A stretch of DNA of 64,000 bases from Eubacteriales bacterium (GTDB taxonomy: Bacteria; Bacillota; Clostridia; Oscillospirales; CAG-272), in contig JAZNER010000019.1 of NCBI GenBank assembly GCA_045588675.1, forward strand, positions 2,003-66,002, read 5' to 3'. The position numbers and the translations under genes are program-made. The notes under the pieces were generated by a model, which made no database searches, was not told the origin of the DNA, and saw only the letters and a program-made list of their open reading frames with translations. Below are positions 21,668 to 31,068 of the stretch, one piece after another (the stretch's first letter is position 1; each line of letters starts with the position of its first letter).

Positions 21668-22552
21668 TTATTCCTCAGTATAGCCGAAATCGGTAATTCC
21701 TCTTTGGCTATCTCGCCAATTTTCCTTTACCTTAACCCAAAGATTGAGGTAAACCTTTGTGCCGAAAATAGCCTCAAGGTCGGCTCTGGCGTAAGAGCCT
21801 ACTCTCTTGAGCTCTTCTCCGCCCTTGCCTACGATAATTCCCTTGTGAGATGCCTTCTCGCAGAAAATCTCGGCTCTGATGCTCACAAGGCTTCCCTCGT
21901 CCTTAAATTCCTCAATAGCAACGGCTATCCCGTGAGGAATTTCCTTATTAAGTGTGCGCAAAAGCTTTTCTCTGATAATCTCAGCCGCTACCTGACGCTC
22001 GGACTGGTCGGTTACGATATCCTCCGGGAAGAAGAAATCCGACTCGGACAAAAACGGCTTACACTCTTCAAGCAAGGCGTCAACGCCCTTTCCGTTTTTG
22101 GCGCAGATCGGAACGACCGCGCTGAAATCGTGAAGAGCTGCATAAGATGCAATCGTTTGGGCAATTTCCTCTCTGCGATAAAGGTCAATTTTGTTAAGAG
22201 CCAAAATGCCTGGAGTCTGAGTGCTCTTCATATAGTTAATTACATTTTTTTCAATATCGCTTATCGGCTTGCCTGTGTCAACCACCAAAATAACCGCGTC
22301 GGAGTGCTGCATTGTTGAGTTTGCCGTCTTCACCATAAACGAGCCAAGCGTGTTTCTGGGCTTAAAAATACCCGGAGTATCAAGAAATACAAACTGATTT
22401 TCTCGGTCGGTATGTATTCCGATAATTCTGTTACGGGTGGTCTGCGGCTTAGAAGAAACTATTGCCACCTTTTCACCGAGCATAGTATTTAAAAGTGTTG
22501 ATTTTCCAACATTTGGCCGTCCTACGATTGCTATAAATCCTGTTTTTTTCAT
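21668..22552 (-). CDS. era: GTPase Era
   Basis: G1 is GRPNVGKST, G3 is DTPG and G4 is NKID. A C-terminal KH domain is present. Confidence 0.96.
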   Translation of the reverse strand: MKKTGFIAIVGRPNVGKSTLLNTMLGEKVAIVSSKPQTTRNRIIGIHTDRENQFVFLDTPGIFKPRNTLGSFMVKTANSTMQHSDAVILVVDTGKPISDIEKNVINYMKSTQTPGILALNKIDLYRREEIAQTIASYAALHDFSAVVPICAKNGKGVDALLEECKPFLSESDFFFPEDIVTDQSERQVAAEIIREKLLRTLNKEIPHGIAVAIEEFKDEGSLVSIRAEIFCEKASHKGIIVGKGGEELKRVGSYARADLEAIFGTKVYLNLWVKVKENWRDSQRGITDFGYTEE

Positions 22553-22569
22553 TGTCTTTGCCCCTTAGG

Positions 22570-23064
22570 TTATTTTACCGAAAGTCCCATAATATCCATA
22601 ATTTCGGTTTGCTTTTCTCTCATTTCCCTGTCGTCCTCTTCGCTGATTTCGTGGTCATAGCCAAGCAAATGAAGCATTGAATGAACACACAAGAATGCAG
22701 TTTCTCGCTCAAAGGAGTGTCCGTATTCGTCAGCCTGTGCCTTTGCTCTTTCAAGAGAAATTACAATATCTCCGAGATTATTTATAATCTCGTCTATTGC
22801 GGGCTCCTCGCTGTTTCCGTCAAAATCAAAAAGTGGGAAAGACAAAACGTCTGTCGGCTTATCAATCTGGCGGAATTTTTTATTAAGCTCCTGAATTCCC
22901 GCGTCATCGGTGAATGTAACCGAAACCTCGCATACGTTTCCATAATGCTCATAGTCAAGCGTTGCTTCTACAGCTTGTCTTACAAGCATCTTCATCTTAT
23001 AGGTTACTGGGAGCTTGTCCTGTTCATTTTCAAAATATATTTTGAGCGCCATTTTTCTGTTCAT
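22570..23064 (-). CDS. ybeY: rRNA maturation endoribonuclease YbeY
   Basis: The zinc motif HSMLHLLGYDH is present. The start ATG overlaps the phoH stop (ATGA). Confidence 0.92.
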   Translation of the reverse strand: MNRKMALKIYFENEQDKLPVTYKMKMLVRQAVEATLDYEHYGNVCEVSVTFTDDAGIQELNKKFRQIDKPTDVLSFPLFDFDGNSEEPAIDEIINNLGDIVISLERAKAQADEYGHSFERETAFLCVHSMLHLLGYDHEISEEDDREMREKQTEIMDIMGLSVK

Positions 23065-24146
23065 TTTCTTTTATCCTTCTCAAAGCCTGTCGCTTCTGCT
23101 TCCTTTCGTGCAAAATATTTTTTATTGTTTTCCCCGCTCTGGCGCGAAGATTGTTTTTCTCTTTTCTCTCTGTCAAACCTTTCGTAAGCCAATATAATCT
23201 TCTGCACAAGCTTATGTCTTACAACATCTCGCTCGCTAAAGGCGTGTATCGAGATATCCTCAATGCCTGCAAGGATTTTTACTGCCTCTCCAAGTCCGCT
23301 CTTTTGTCCTGCGGGCAGGTCGGTTTGTGTTAAATCTCCCGTAACGACCGCCTTTGAATTAAAGCCAAGACGGGTCAAGAACATCTTCATCTGCTCGGGT
23401 GTGCAGTTCTGTGCTTCGTCGAGAATTATAAAGCAATCGTCAAGAGTTCGTCCGCGCATATACGCGAGCGGAGCTACCTCAATTACTCCCTTTTCTACTT
23501 GTCTTTGATAATTTTCAGCTCCCATCATCTCATAAAGCGAGTCGTAAAGAGGGCGGAGATATGGGTCTATCTTGCTCTGCAGGTCACCCGGTAAAAAGCC
23601 TAATTTTTCTCCCGCCTCTATTGCCGGACGGGTTAAAATAATCCTCGACACCTGCTTATCTCGGAGAGCCTTTACCGCCATAGCAACCGCCAAGAAGGTC
23701 TTACCCGTTCCTGCAGGGCCAATTCCGAGCACTATCGTATTCTTTTTAATTGCGTTTACATATTGCTTCTGTCCTACCGTCTTTGCCTTGATAGGCTTGC
23801 CCTTCATAGTCACGCATATACAGTCGTCACCAAGCTCCTCAAGCTCACTCATATTGCCTGAGGACACCATATCACAAACATAAATTACACTTCCATCCGT
23901 AATATTCTCATTGTATTTCGCCATCTTGACAAGATACTGAACGGCAGCGGCTGCCTGCGACACAAAACCGTCATCCTCACCCGAAATTACAATTATATCA
24001 TCGCCGTTATCGTTCATACGGTTATGAGCCGCAACGCCGAATTTCTTTTCAATTATTCTGATATTCGCATCACAGCTTCCAAAAACCGAGGCCACAATAT
24101 CCGCGCTGTCCGCCTTTACAATTTTACTGCTCATAAAAATCTCCAT
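23061..24146 (-). CDS. phoH: PhoH-like ATPase (PhoH/YqfE family) with basic C-terminal tail
   Basis: Walker A is GPAGTGKTFLAVA. A KH-like N-domain is present. The C-terminal extension is REKREKQSSRQSGENNKKYFARKEAEATGFEKDKRK. The true start may be the ATG at 24134. Confidence 0.9.
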   Translation of the reverse strand: MEIFMSSKIVKADSADIVASVFGSCDANIRIIEKKFGVAAHNRMNDNGDDIIVISGEDDGFVSQAAAAVQYLVKMAKYNENITDGSVIYVCDMVSSGNMSELEELGDDCICVTMKGKPIKAKTVGQKQYVNAIKKNTIVLGIGPAGTGKTFLAVAMAVKALRDKQVSRIILTRPAIEAGEKLGFLPGDLQSKIDPYLRPLYDSLYEMMGAENYQRQVEKGVIEVAPLAYMRGRTLDDCFIILDEAQNCTPEQMKMFLTRLGFNSKAVVTGDLTQTDLPAGQKSGLGEAVKILAGIEDISIHAFSERDVVRHKLVQKIILAYERFDREKREKQSSRQSGENNKKYFARKEAEATGFEKDKRK

Positions 24147-24241
24147 AAATCTGCGCCGTAGCGCAGAAATTTTATTAATCCTTAATCTTAAATCTTAAGC
24201 CAATTTCGCTCAAAAACCAAACGGCTACTTGACATTTTAAG

Positions 24242-25444
24242 CTAATTTTTTTCTTCCCCGACTATACTCATATCGACATCAAACTCCGAAACCTTTGCAA
24301 TATTTTCAACCGCAACAACAACACAATAGAGAGAAAAGCTATTCTCTCTTATACTTGGCGTGATTGTTTTTCGTATTATTACCGAGTCCTCTGACAAAAG
24401 CGAAAGCTTTTCCGACAGCTCGAAATAGGCAAGAAGCTCCGCCTGCTCTTGTGAGCGCGTCTTCTCGACCCTCTCGTACTCCAAATACTTTACTGTGTGA
24501 AGCGCAAAGGGAGTATTTGTTCCGTCGGGCAAGGCATAATTCTCCACAATATCTATTTTATCATAAAAAGCACCCTCATTTCCACTGTTTTTTGAAATAT
24601 TAATTGAAAAATCAAAAAAATTTAAATATTGGTCACAATATTCGACACCTGTGTACTCAATTTCTTCATATTTATACGGAATTTCAATAAAAAATTCGGT
24701 CGTTGTCTTTGCATAAACCTCTCCTGCCGAGCGAGTATATCTGAATCCCACTCGCTCGCTGTCAAAAAGTCCGCTCACAAGAAGGTCCCCCTTCTCTACG
24801 ACCTGCCCCGACCTGACAACTACATTTCCTCGATAAATCCTTACCTCCTCAACAACTCCCGCCTTTGTTGCGACAAGATTTGCGGGCTTTGTCACTCCTT
24901 CAAATTTCTCTGCCAACGCTCTTTCCCTTATCTGCACCTCAGCAACAGTTCCCATTATGTTTATTGAGATCCAAGAAATATTTTCAGTGTCTATAAGTAT
25001 CTTATTTTCAATTTTATCGGTATTAATGCTTGGTATGTAGCTTCCTACCGAAAAATCGTATTTTTTTAATATTCCGCAAAGCTCCGACGAGGTTATTTTC
25101 TCATTTCCGACGATCTCAATATCCCAGATAAACTGTTGCGACAAAAAGATAAGAGCCACTGCAATCAGAATTCCTGCTAAAATACCGTATCTGTACTTAT
25201 ACCTCTCAAATAAAGCAGGCAAGCCCTTTGTTTTTTCAATCTCAAAGCATATCCCTCGCGCGCTTGCCTCTTTTTTTAATTTTTTGAGTGCAGACAGGCG
25301 AAATCTCAATTTCACACCATTTTCCACAGCCTCAAAGTTATCATACGGTATGCAATAATACATACATAAATTCAAGAGGGCGGCAACATTATCACTTGGA
25401 ACAACGACAACGGCGCTTCCGCACAAATAATAGGATATATTCAT
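24242..25444 (-). CDS. yqfD: Sporulation protein YqfD
   Basis: The protein is 400 aa with one central TM. It occupies the canonical position between yqfC and phoH. The sequence is consistent with the YqfD family. Confidence 0.8.
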   Translation of the reverse strand: MNISYYLCGSAVVVVPSDNVAALLNLCMYYCIPYDNFEAVENGVKLRFRLSALKKLKKEASARGICFEIEKTKGLPALFERYKYRYGILAGILIAVALIFLSQQFIWDIEIVGNEKITSSELCGILKKYDFSVGSYIPSINTDKIENKILIDTENISWISINIMGTVAEVQIRERALAEKFEGVTKPANLVATKAGVVEEVRIYRGNVVVRSGQVVEKGDLLVSGLFDSERVGFRYTRSAGEVYAKTTTEFFIEIPYKYEEIEYTGVEYCDQYLNFFDFSINISKNSGNEGAFYDKIDIVENYALPDGTNTPFALHTVKYLEYERVEKTRSQEQAELLAYFELSEKLSLLSEDSVIIRKTITPSIRENSFSLYCVVVAVENIAKVSEFDVDMSIVGEEKN

Positions 25445-25758
25445 TAGCTCCGCTCCCCCTTGTTTTCGTCAAACCTCACCCCGTTTATGTATCCATCAAT
25501 GCAAATCGCTCCGTCGAGATATGCTGAGCAAACAAGCCTCTCACCCTCTATATTGACCGAAAAGCCCTTGATTGACAAAACCATCTCGTCGGGAGAATAT
25601 TTTAAAATCCGCCTGCACCCGTGAACTATAACGTTATTTCTGCCTCTTATTTCAAGTCTGAAATCCCCCGTGAATATGTCAGACGGCAAAGATGCTTTGA
25701 CAGAAAGAAACTCTACAAATCCGCCCCTTTTTGTCTTTTTTTCGTTATTTTTACTCAT
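25444..25758 (-). CDS. yqfC: Sporulation protein YqfC (YabP/YqfC family)
   Basis: The protein is 104 aa with LPSDIFTGDFRLEIRGRNNVIVHGCRRILKYS. Its stop overlaps the yqfD start. Confidence 0.8.
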   Translation of the reverse strand: MSKNNEKKTKRGGFVEFLSVKASLPSDIFTGDFRLEIRGRNNVIVHGCRRILKYSPDEMVLSIKGFSVNIEGERLVCSAYLDGAICIDGYINGVRFDENKGERS

Positions 25759-25828
25759 ATTATAACCTCAATCAAAATATAAATTTTATGTCAGGCAAAT
25801 AAAAACCAACCATTAAGAGAGGCGCGGA

Positions 25829-26959
25829 ATGAATAGTTTAAAAAAGCAAAAAACCCGATTGAACATTTCTGTGGAATTGGCTTTTGGCGTGATTTCCGCG
25901 CTTTCGTTTATCCTTGTTCTTAATCGCTCCGATATTGCAATAGAGTATATGAAAAAAGGGCTAAAACTATGCGTAGCAAACGTGATCCCCTCGCTTTTTC
26001 CATTTATGGTCATTTCAGATTTAATTGTAAGCAGCGGCGTGGGAATAATTATCTCTAAGCTCTTTGAAAAGCCTATGAAATTTATATTCGGTGTCGGTGA
26101 GGCCGGTGCCTGCGCTTATATTTTAGGCTCGCTGTGCGGTTTTCCGATTGGCGCGAAAACCGCAATATCAATGTACGACAACGGCTCAATTTCAAAGAGA
26201 GAGCTTACCCGAATTATGACCTTTTGTAACAATCCGGGCTCCGCGTTTATCATATGTGCCGTAGGCGTGTCGCTTTTTTCCTCGCGGGAAATCGGGTTGG
26301 TTTTATACACTTGTATTCTGCTTTCCTCCGTGACCTTCGGTATTATCGGAAACATTCTGTTCCGCGAAAAATCAACAGAAAAACACAATGCGGTTGTCCT
26401 CAATAAAACGCGCTTGGGGATTAGTATGATTACCTCAGCGATTGAAAGCTCAGCATATTCAATGCTTATTGTCTGCTCTTATGTTGCTTTTTTTTCGGCT
26501 TTGGTTGGTTGCATAGGCTCTGTTTTGTCTGCGCTTGATATTCCAGAGCTATTCACGGCTTGTGTTTTTTCTTTTTTTGAGCTGTCGGGCGGTGCTGATG
26601 CAGCTTCTTTGCTTGAAAATAAAACTCTTGCAGTTATACTCTGCGCAATGGCAGGCAGTTGGTCGGGTCTTTCGGTGCATTTTCAAATTATGACTATTTG
26701 CCAGGGACGAGGAATATCCTTTAAGCCATATTTTATTGCAAAGGCAGTACAGTCAGTAATCTCTGCGGTTTATACCTTGATATCAATAAAATTTATTTTC
26801 CCAAGTGCTATTGACAGCATCAACTCTGCACCGTCATCAAATCAAGTGTTTTATAACATAAGCTATTCAAATCCGCTTTTGTTTGGATTAATCTTAGCTT
26901 TGATTGCTCCTTTTGCGATTAATTATGCAAAAAAGATATTGTCGCACTCAAAGGGGTAA
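25829..26959 (+). CDS. ylbJ: Sporulation integral membrane protein YlbJ-like (nucleoside-recognition/gate domains)
   Basis: The protein is 376 aa and polytopic. The motifs VIPSLFPFMVISDL and CGFPIGAK are typical of YlbJ as I recall it. Confidence 0.65.
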   Translation: MNSLKKQKTRLNISVELAFGVISALSFILVLNRSDIAIEYMKKGLKLCVANVIPSLFPFMVISDLIVSSGVGIIISKLFEKPMKFIFGVGEAGACAYILGSLCGFPIGAKTAISMYDNGSISKRELTRIMTFCNNPGSAFIICAVGVSLFSSREIGLVLYTCILLSSVTFGIIGNILFREKSTEKHNAVVLNKTRLGISMITSAIESSAYSMLIVCSYVAFFSALVGCIGSVLSALDIPELFTACVFSFFELSGGADAASLLENKTLAVILCAMAGSWSGLSVHFQIMTICQGRGISFKPYFIAKAVQSVISAVYTLISIKFIFPSAIDSINSAPSSNQVFYNISYSNPLLFGLILALIAPFAINYAKKILSHSKG

Positions 26960-26989
26960 AAAATCGACAAAAAATTTTGACAAAGGGAC

Positions 26990-27018
26990 TTGACAAACAT
27001 ACTTTTGTTTGATATAAT
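26990..27018 (+). promoter_or_regulatory. Sigma-A-type promoter for tRNA-Thr
   Basis: TTGACA (26990-26995), a 17-nt spacer and TATAAT (27013-27018). It lies about 27 nt upstream of the tRNA 5' end. Confidence 0.7.
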
Positions 27019-27045
27019 ATATAAGTCGTCGAAGAAGACGGCTAT

Positions 27046-27121
27046 GCTGCTATGGCTCAGTCGGTAGAGCACGTCATTGGTAATGACGAGGTCATCAGTT
27101 CGATTCTGATTAGCAGCTCCA
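27046..27121 (+). tRNA. tRNA-Thr (anticodon GGU)
   Basis: Folded by hand. The acceptor is GCTGCTA/TAGCAGC and the D-arm is GCTCAGTCGGTAGAGC. The anticodon arm is CGTCA-TTGGTAA-TGACG and the T-arm is ATCAG-TTCGATT-CTGAT. CCA is encoded. Confidence 0.93.
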
Positions 27122-27164
27122 AGCAAAAGCGGGTGGCATTTATGCCATCCGCTAATATAATCAA

Positions 27165-27445
27165 AAACACTGTGACCAAGAGAAGTATGTCATTTCCTTT
27201 TTTCAGAGAGCGAGCGGTTGGTGCGAGCTTGCACAGGAATGGCGGAAGGTAGCTTGCGAGTGGCGCTTATGAACTTGGAATGTTAAATTCCAAAATTAGT
27301 TTGCGACGGTAGCTTACGTTATAGCTTTGAGTGATATTTCCCTGCTCCTTGAGAGCTCACGGAAAATATAAGTCGGGTGGTACCGCGCTTTGTGCGTCCT
27401 GATGTTGCCTAATTGGCTGAACATCGGATGCGCTTTTTTATTTTG
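27165..27445 (+). promoter_or_regulatory. T-box leader (riboswitch) controlling valS
   Basis: The AG-bulge AGAGAG is at 27205-27210 and the distal-loop GGUGCGA at 27220-27226. The T-box sequence GGGTGGTACCGCG is at 27375-27387. A terminator hairpin (GCGTCCTGATGTT/AACATCGGATGC) plus T-run ends at about 27445. The 5' boundary is approximate. Confidence 0.88.
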
Positions 27446-27483
27446 TTTAAAATACGTAAAATTATATGAAAGGATTTTAAATT

Positions 27484-30132
27484 ATGAATTCCTACAATGA
27501 ATTGCCGAAAACATATTCTCCCTCCGAGTTTGAGAACAGAATATACGCCGAGTGGTGTGAAAAAGGTTATTTCACCCCTGACAAGAACAACGAAAATCCC
27601 TCTTTTTCAATAGTTATTCCCCCTCCAAACGTTACAGGTCAGCTCCATATGGGACACGCCCTTGACGAAACCTTGCAGGATATTCTTGTTCGCTACAAGA
27701 GAATGCAGGGCTTTAACACCTTGTGGGTTCCCGGAACCGACCACGCGGGTATCGCTACTCAAATCAAGGTTGAAGAAAGGCTCCGTGTTGACGAGGGTCT
27801 TTCAAGATATGACCTTGGAAGAGAAAAATTCCTTGAGCGTGTTTGGGGCTGGAAGGACACATATGAGAACAGAATTACAAGTCAGCTAAAAAAGCTTGGT
27901 GCTTCTTGTGACTGGACAAGACAGCGCTTTACAATGGACGAGGGCTGTTCAAAGGCTGTTCGCGAGGTTTTCGTTAACCTTTACAACAAGGGACTTATTT
28001 ATCGCGGCTATAGAATTATCAACTGGTGTCCCCGTTGTCTGACCGCTCTTTCCGACGCTGAGGTTGAATACAAGGATATGCCCGGTAGCTTCTGGCACAT
28101 CAAGTACCCAATCGTTGGCGAGGACGGATATGTTGAGGTTGCTACTACCCGTCCCGAAACTATGTTTGGTGATACTGCAGTCGCAGTTAACCCAGAGGAC
28201 GAAAAAACCAAGCACCTTATTGGCAAGAAGGTTATCCTTCCTATCGTAAACAGAGAAATTCCCGTGATTGCCGACGATTATGTTGAAATCGGCTTTGGTA
28301 CGGGTTGCGTTAAAATCACTCCTGCTCACGACCCTAACGACTTCCTTGTAGGCCAACGCCACGATCTTGAGCAAATCAAGGTTATGAACGACGACGCTAC
28401 AATGAACTCTTATGCAGGCAAGTACGAGGGCATGGACAGATACGCCTGCCGCAAAGCTCTTGTAGCTGACCTTGAAGCAGAGGGCTATCTTGTTAAGGTT
28501 GAGCCTCACGACCACAATGTCGGCGTTTGCTACCGTTGCGGTACAACAGTCGAGCCTCTTACAAGCGACCAATGGTTTGTTAAAATGAAGCCGCTTGCAA
28601 AGCCTGCTATCGAGGCAGTTGAAAATGGCTCAATCAACTTCGTTCCCGAAAGATTTTCCAAGAACTATTTTAACTGGATGAACAATATCCTTGACTGGTG
28701 TATTTCCCGTCAGCTCTGGTGGGGTCACCGTATTCCCGCATTCTACTGTGACGATTGCGGTGAGATGACAGTTTCAAAAACTGACATAGATGTATGTCCC
28801 AAGTGCGGTGGCAAGGTGCATCAGGACAGCGATGTGCTTGACACTTGGTTCTCGTCAGCTCTTTGGCCCTTCTCTACGCTCGGTTGGCCCGAAAGCACAG
28901 ACGATTTGAAGAAATACTATCCTACAAATGTTCTTGTAACAGGCTATGATATTATTACCTTCTGGGTTTCGCGAATGATTTTCTCGGGACTTGAGCATAT
29001 GGGTGAAAAGCCCTTCTCTACCGTATTTATTCACGGTCTTGTTCGTGATGCTCAGGGCAGAAAAATGTCCAAGTCACTCGGAAACGGTATTGACCCGCTT
29101 GAAATAATTGAAAAATACGGTGCGGATGCTCTCCGCTTTGCATTGGCAACAGGCAACTCACCAGGAAACGATATGAGATTTTCTGACGAGAAAATTGAAG
29201 CTGCCCGCAACTTTGCAAATAAGCTTTGGAATGCGTCAAGATTTGTTCGTATGAACCTTACCATTGACGAGATAAAGCTTCCCGAGCTCGACCGGCTTGC
29301 TCTTGAAGACAAATGGGTCCTTAATCAGTTCAACACTCTTTGCCACAATGTTGTAAACAACCTTGATAACTTTGAGGTTGGTGTTGCTCTCGGCGAAATT
29401 TACAGCTTTACCTGGGATATTTTCTGCGACTGGTACATCGAGCTCTGCAAAGCAAGACTTAACGAAAAGGACACAGAGGCAAATCTCATTTGTCAAAATG
29501 TAATTGCATATATTCTTGACGGAACGCTCAAGCTCTTGCACCCCTTTATGCCCTTTATTACCGAGGAAATTTATCAGAGCCTTCCCCACAATACAGAAAG
29601 CATTATGATTTCGGAATATCCTAAATTTAATTCTGCTCTCACATTCAAATCTGAAGCCGAAAAGATGACCAAAATCATTGATGCAATCAAGGCTATAAGA
29701 GCTCGCAGAAGCGAGATGAACGTTCCCCCGTCAAAGAAGGCAAAGGTTTATGTGCAAACAAAGTATTCCGATATTTTTGCAAAATCAAGTGAAGCATTCT
29801 TTGTAAGACTTGCATCAGCATCTGAAATGATCGTTGCAGACAAGTTCAGCGAGGGCGAGGTCAGCGCTGACAACTCTGTTCAGATTATTACAGACGCCGC
29901 AACAATCTATCTCCCTCTTGCAGATATTATAGACTTTGAAAAGGAAAAGGCTCGTCTTGAAGCCGAAAAGAAAAAGCTTGAAGGCGAAATTGACAGAATT
30001 GTTAAAAAGCTTGCAAACGAGGGCTTTGTTTCAAAGGCTCCTGCCGCAGTTATTGACGGTGAGAAAGCAAAAATGGCAAAGTACCAGGAAAATCTTGACG
30101 GAATTTTAGCGGCGATTGCAAAATTAGGTTAA
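27484..30132 (+). CDS. valS: Valine--tRNA ligase
   Basis: The protein is 882 aa. It has a HIGH-type motif ([12 protein letters not shown]), KMSKS, and a C-terminal coiled coil. Confidence 0.97.
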   Translation: MNSYNELPKTYSPSEFENRIYAEWCEKGYFTPDKNNENPSFSIVIPPPNVTGQLHMGHALDETLQDILVRYKRMQGFNTLWVPGTDHAGIATQIKVEERLRVDEGLSRYDLGREKFLERVWGWKDTYENRITSQLKKLGASCDWTRQRFTMDEGCSKAVREVFVNLYNKGLIYRGYRIINWCPRCLTALSDAEVEYKDMPGSFWHIKYPIVGEDGYVEVATTRPETMFGDTAVAVNPEDEKTKHLIGKKVILPIVNREIPVIADDYVEIGFGTGCVKITPAHDPNDFLVGQRHDLEQIKVMNDDATMNSYAGKYEGMDRYACRKALVADLEAEGYLVKVEPHDHNVGVCYRCGTTVEPLTSDQWFVKMKPLAKPAIEAVENGSINFVPERFSKNYFNWMNNILDWCISRQLWWGHRIPAFYCDDCGEMTVSKTDIDVCPKCGGKVHQDSDVLDTWFSSALWPFSTLGWPESTDDLKKYYPTNVLVTGYDIITFWVSRMIFSGLEHMGEKPFSTVFIHGLVRDAQGRKMSKSLGNGIDPLEIIEKYGADALRFALATGNSPGNDMRFSDEKIEAARNFANKLWNASRFVRMNLTIDEIKLPELDRLALEDKWVLNQFNTLCHNVVNNLDNFEVGVALGEIYSFTWDIFCDWYIELCKARLNEKDTEANLICQNVIAYILDGTLKLLHPFMPFITEEIYQSLPHNTESIMISEYPKFNSALTFKSEAEKMTKIIDAIKAIRARRSEMNVPPSKKAKVYVQTKYSDIFAKSSEAFFVRLASASEMIVADKFSEGEVSADNSVQIITDAATIYLPLADIIDFEKEKARLEAEKKKLEGEIDRIVKKLANEGFVSKAPAAVIDGEKAKMAKYQENLDGILAAIAKLG

Positions 30133-30147
30133 AATCATTTAGAAAAG

Positions 30148-30173
30148 CTGCCTTAACTTATAGGCAGTTTTTC
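30148..30173 (+). terminator. Rho-independent terminator after valS
   Basis: The stem is CTGCCT/AGGCAG, followed by TTTTTC. Confidence 0.7.
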
Positions 30174-30194
30174 TTCTCAAATGAAAGGTAAATT

Positions 30195-31022
30195 ATGAGT
30201 TCAAAATACATTTTTCTTGATATTGACGGCACTCTTGTAGGCTATGATGCCCAAATACCAAGCTCTGCACTCAAAGCTATAAAGCAAGCGAGAGCCAACG
30301 GACACAAGGTTTTTATCGCTTCGGGACGCTCCTGTTCAATGATTTATCCCGAGCTTTTAGAGGATAATCTCTTTGACGGTTATATTGCCGCAGGCGGTGC
30401 TTATGTTTCTTGCGGCAGTGAAATCATATTTCAGTCCTTCATTGAAGGTAAGTCGCTTCTTAATCTCGTCAACTATTTTCGCGCTTGGGGCATTAAGTGT
30501 ATCGCACACCGCGCAGACGGAATTTACTGCGAGCGTGAGTTTATTGACATAGTAATTCCCGAAATGCTTAGAACGGGATACAGTGAGGATTTAATCAAAA
30601 AGTCTTACGGGCGAATTGTTGTTGTTGACGACCTCTCAGAATTGAAGGGTATTGAAAAATTTTCATTCTATATGGCACCTAAAACCACAAAGCAAATATT
30701 TGATGATTTGGGCGGTGAGTTTTATGTGGTGGATTTCAGTGTGGGAGAAGTAAAGAGTGACACCTTTTTTGGCGAGATAAATATGTCAAATGTAAACAAG
30801 GGTACCGCCATTGATGCTCTTATAAAGCATTTCGGCGTATCTGTTTCGGATACGATTGCATTTGGAGATAGCGGAAACGACCTTGAAATGATTGAATTTG
30901 CCGGAATTGGTGTTGCTATGGGCAACGCGACCGACAAAATAAAAAAAGCCGCAGATTTTATCACGACCAATGTCAGCAATGACGGCATATACAATGCATT
31001 TGTAAAATTCGGGTTGATTTAA
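30195..31022 (+). CDS. Cof-type HAD-IIB family hydrolase
   Basis: FLDIDGTL (motif I), the SGR motif and GDSGNDLEM (motif IV) are present. Confidence 0.88.
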   Translation: MSSKYIFLDIDGTLVGYDAQIPSSALKAIKQARANGHKVFIASGRSCSMIYPELLEDNLFDGYIAAGGAYVSCGSEIIFQSFIEGKSLLNLVNYFRAWGIKCIAHRADGIYCEREFIDIVIPEMLRTGYSEDLIKKSYGRIVVVDDLSELKGIEKFSFYMAPKTTKQIFDDLGGEFYVVDFSVGEVKSDTFFGEINMSNVNKGTAIDALIKHFGVSVSDTIAFGDSGNDLEMIEFAGIGVAMGNATDKIKKAADFITTNVSNDGIYNAFVKFGLI

Positions 31023-31025
31023 CAC

Positions 31026-31058
31026 AAAAAGCGGATAGCTTAAAGCTATCCGCTTTTT
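31026..31058. terminator. Bidirectional terminator between convergent HAD and yloV genes
   Basis: The stem is GCGGATAGCT/AGCTATCCGC. An A-run lies 5' and a T-run 3'. Confidence 0.8.
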
Positions 31059-31068
31059 ATATTCATAA

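Noticed and set aside
21617-22318. Long antisense ORFs opposite real genes. Examples are 21617-22318 vs era, 32822-33559 vs degV, 27949-28572 vs valS, 31342-31935 vs yloV, 7370-7852 vs uvrA, 45017-45469 vs polA, 55006-55497 vs the acyltransferase, and 46575-46922 vs the lipoprotein.
   Set aside because: They are shadow ORFs produced by the codon bias of the true gene on the other strand. Their composition is low-complexity or odd, they have no SD, and the opposite-strand products have unambiguous family motifs.
24150-24167. The hairpin between yqfD and phoH as a definite terminator.
   Set aside because: No convincing T-run follows it on the coding (minus) strand, and it sits only about 10 nt from the phoH SD. 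It is kept as a note inside a finding rather than listed as a feature.
26923-27252. ORFs 26923-27126 (-) and 27052-27252 (+), and similarly 57139-57417 (-).
   Set aside because: They overlap the tRNA-Thr and tRNA-Val genes and the T-box leader. They are artefacts of structured RNA sequence.
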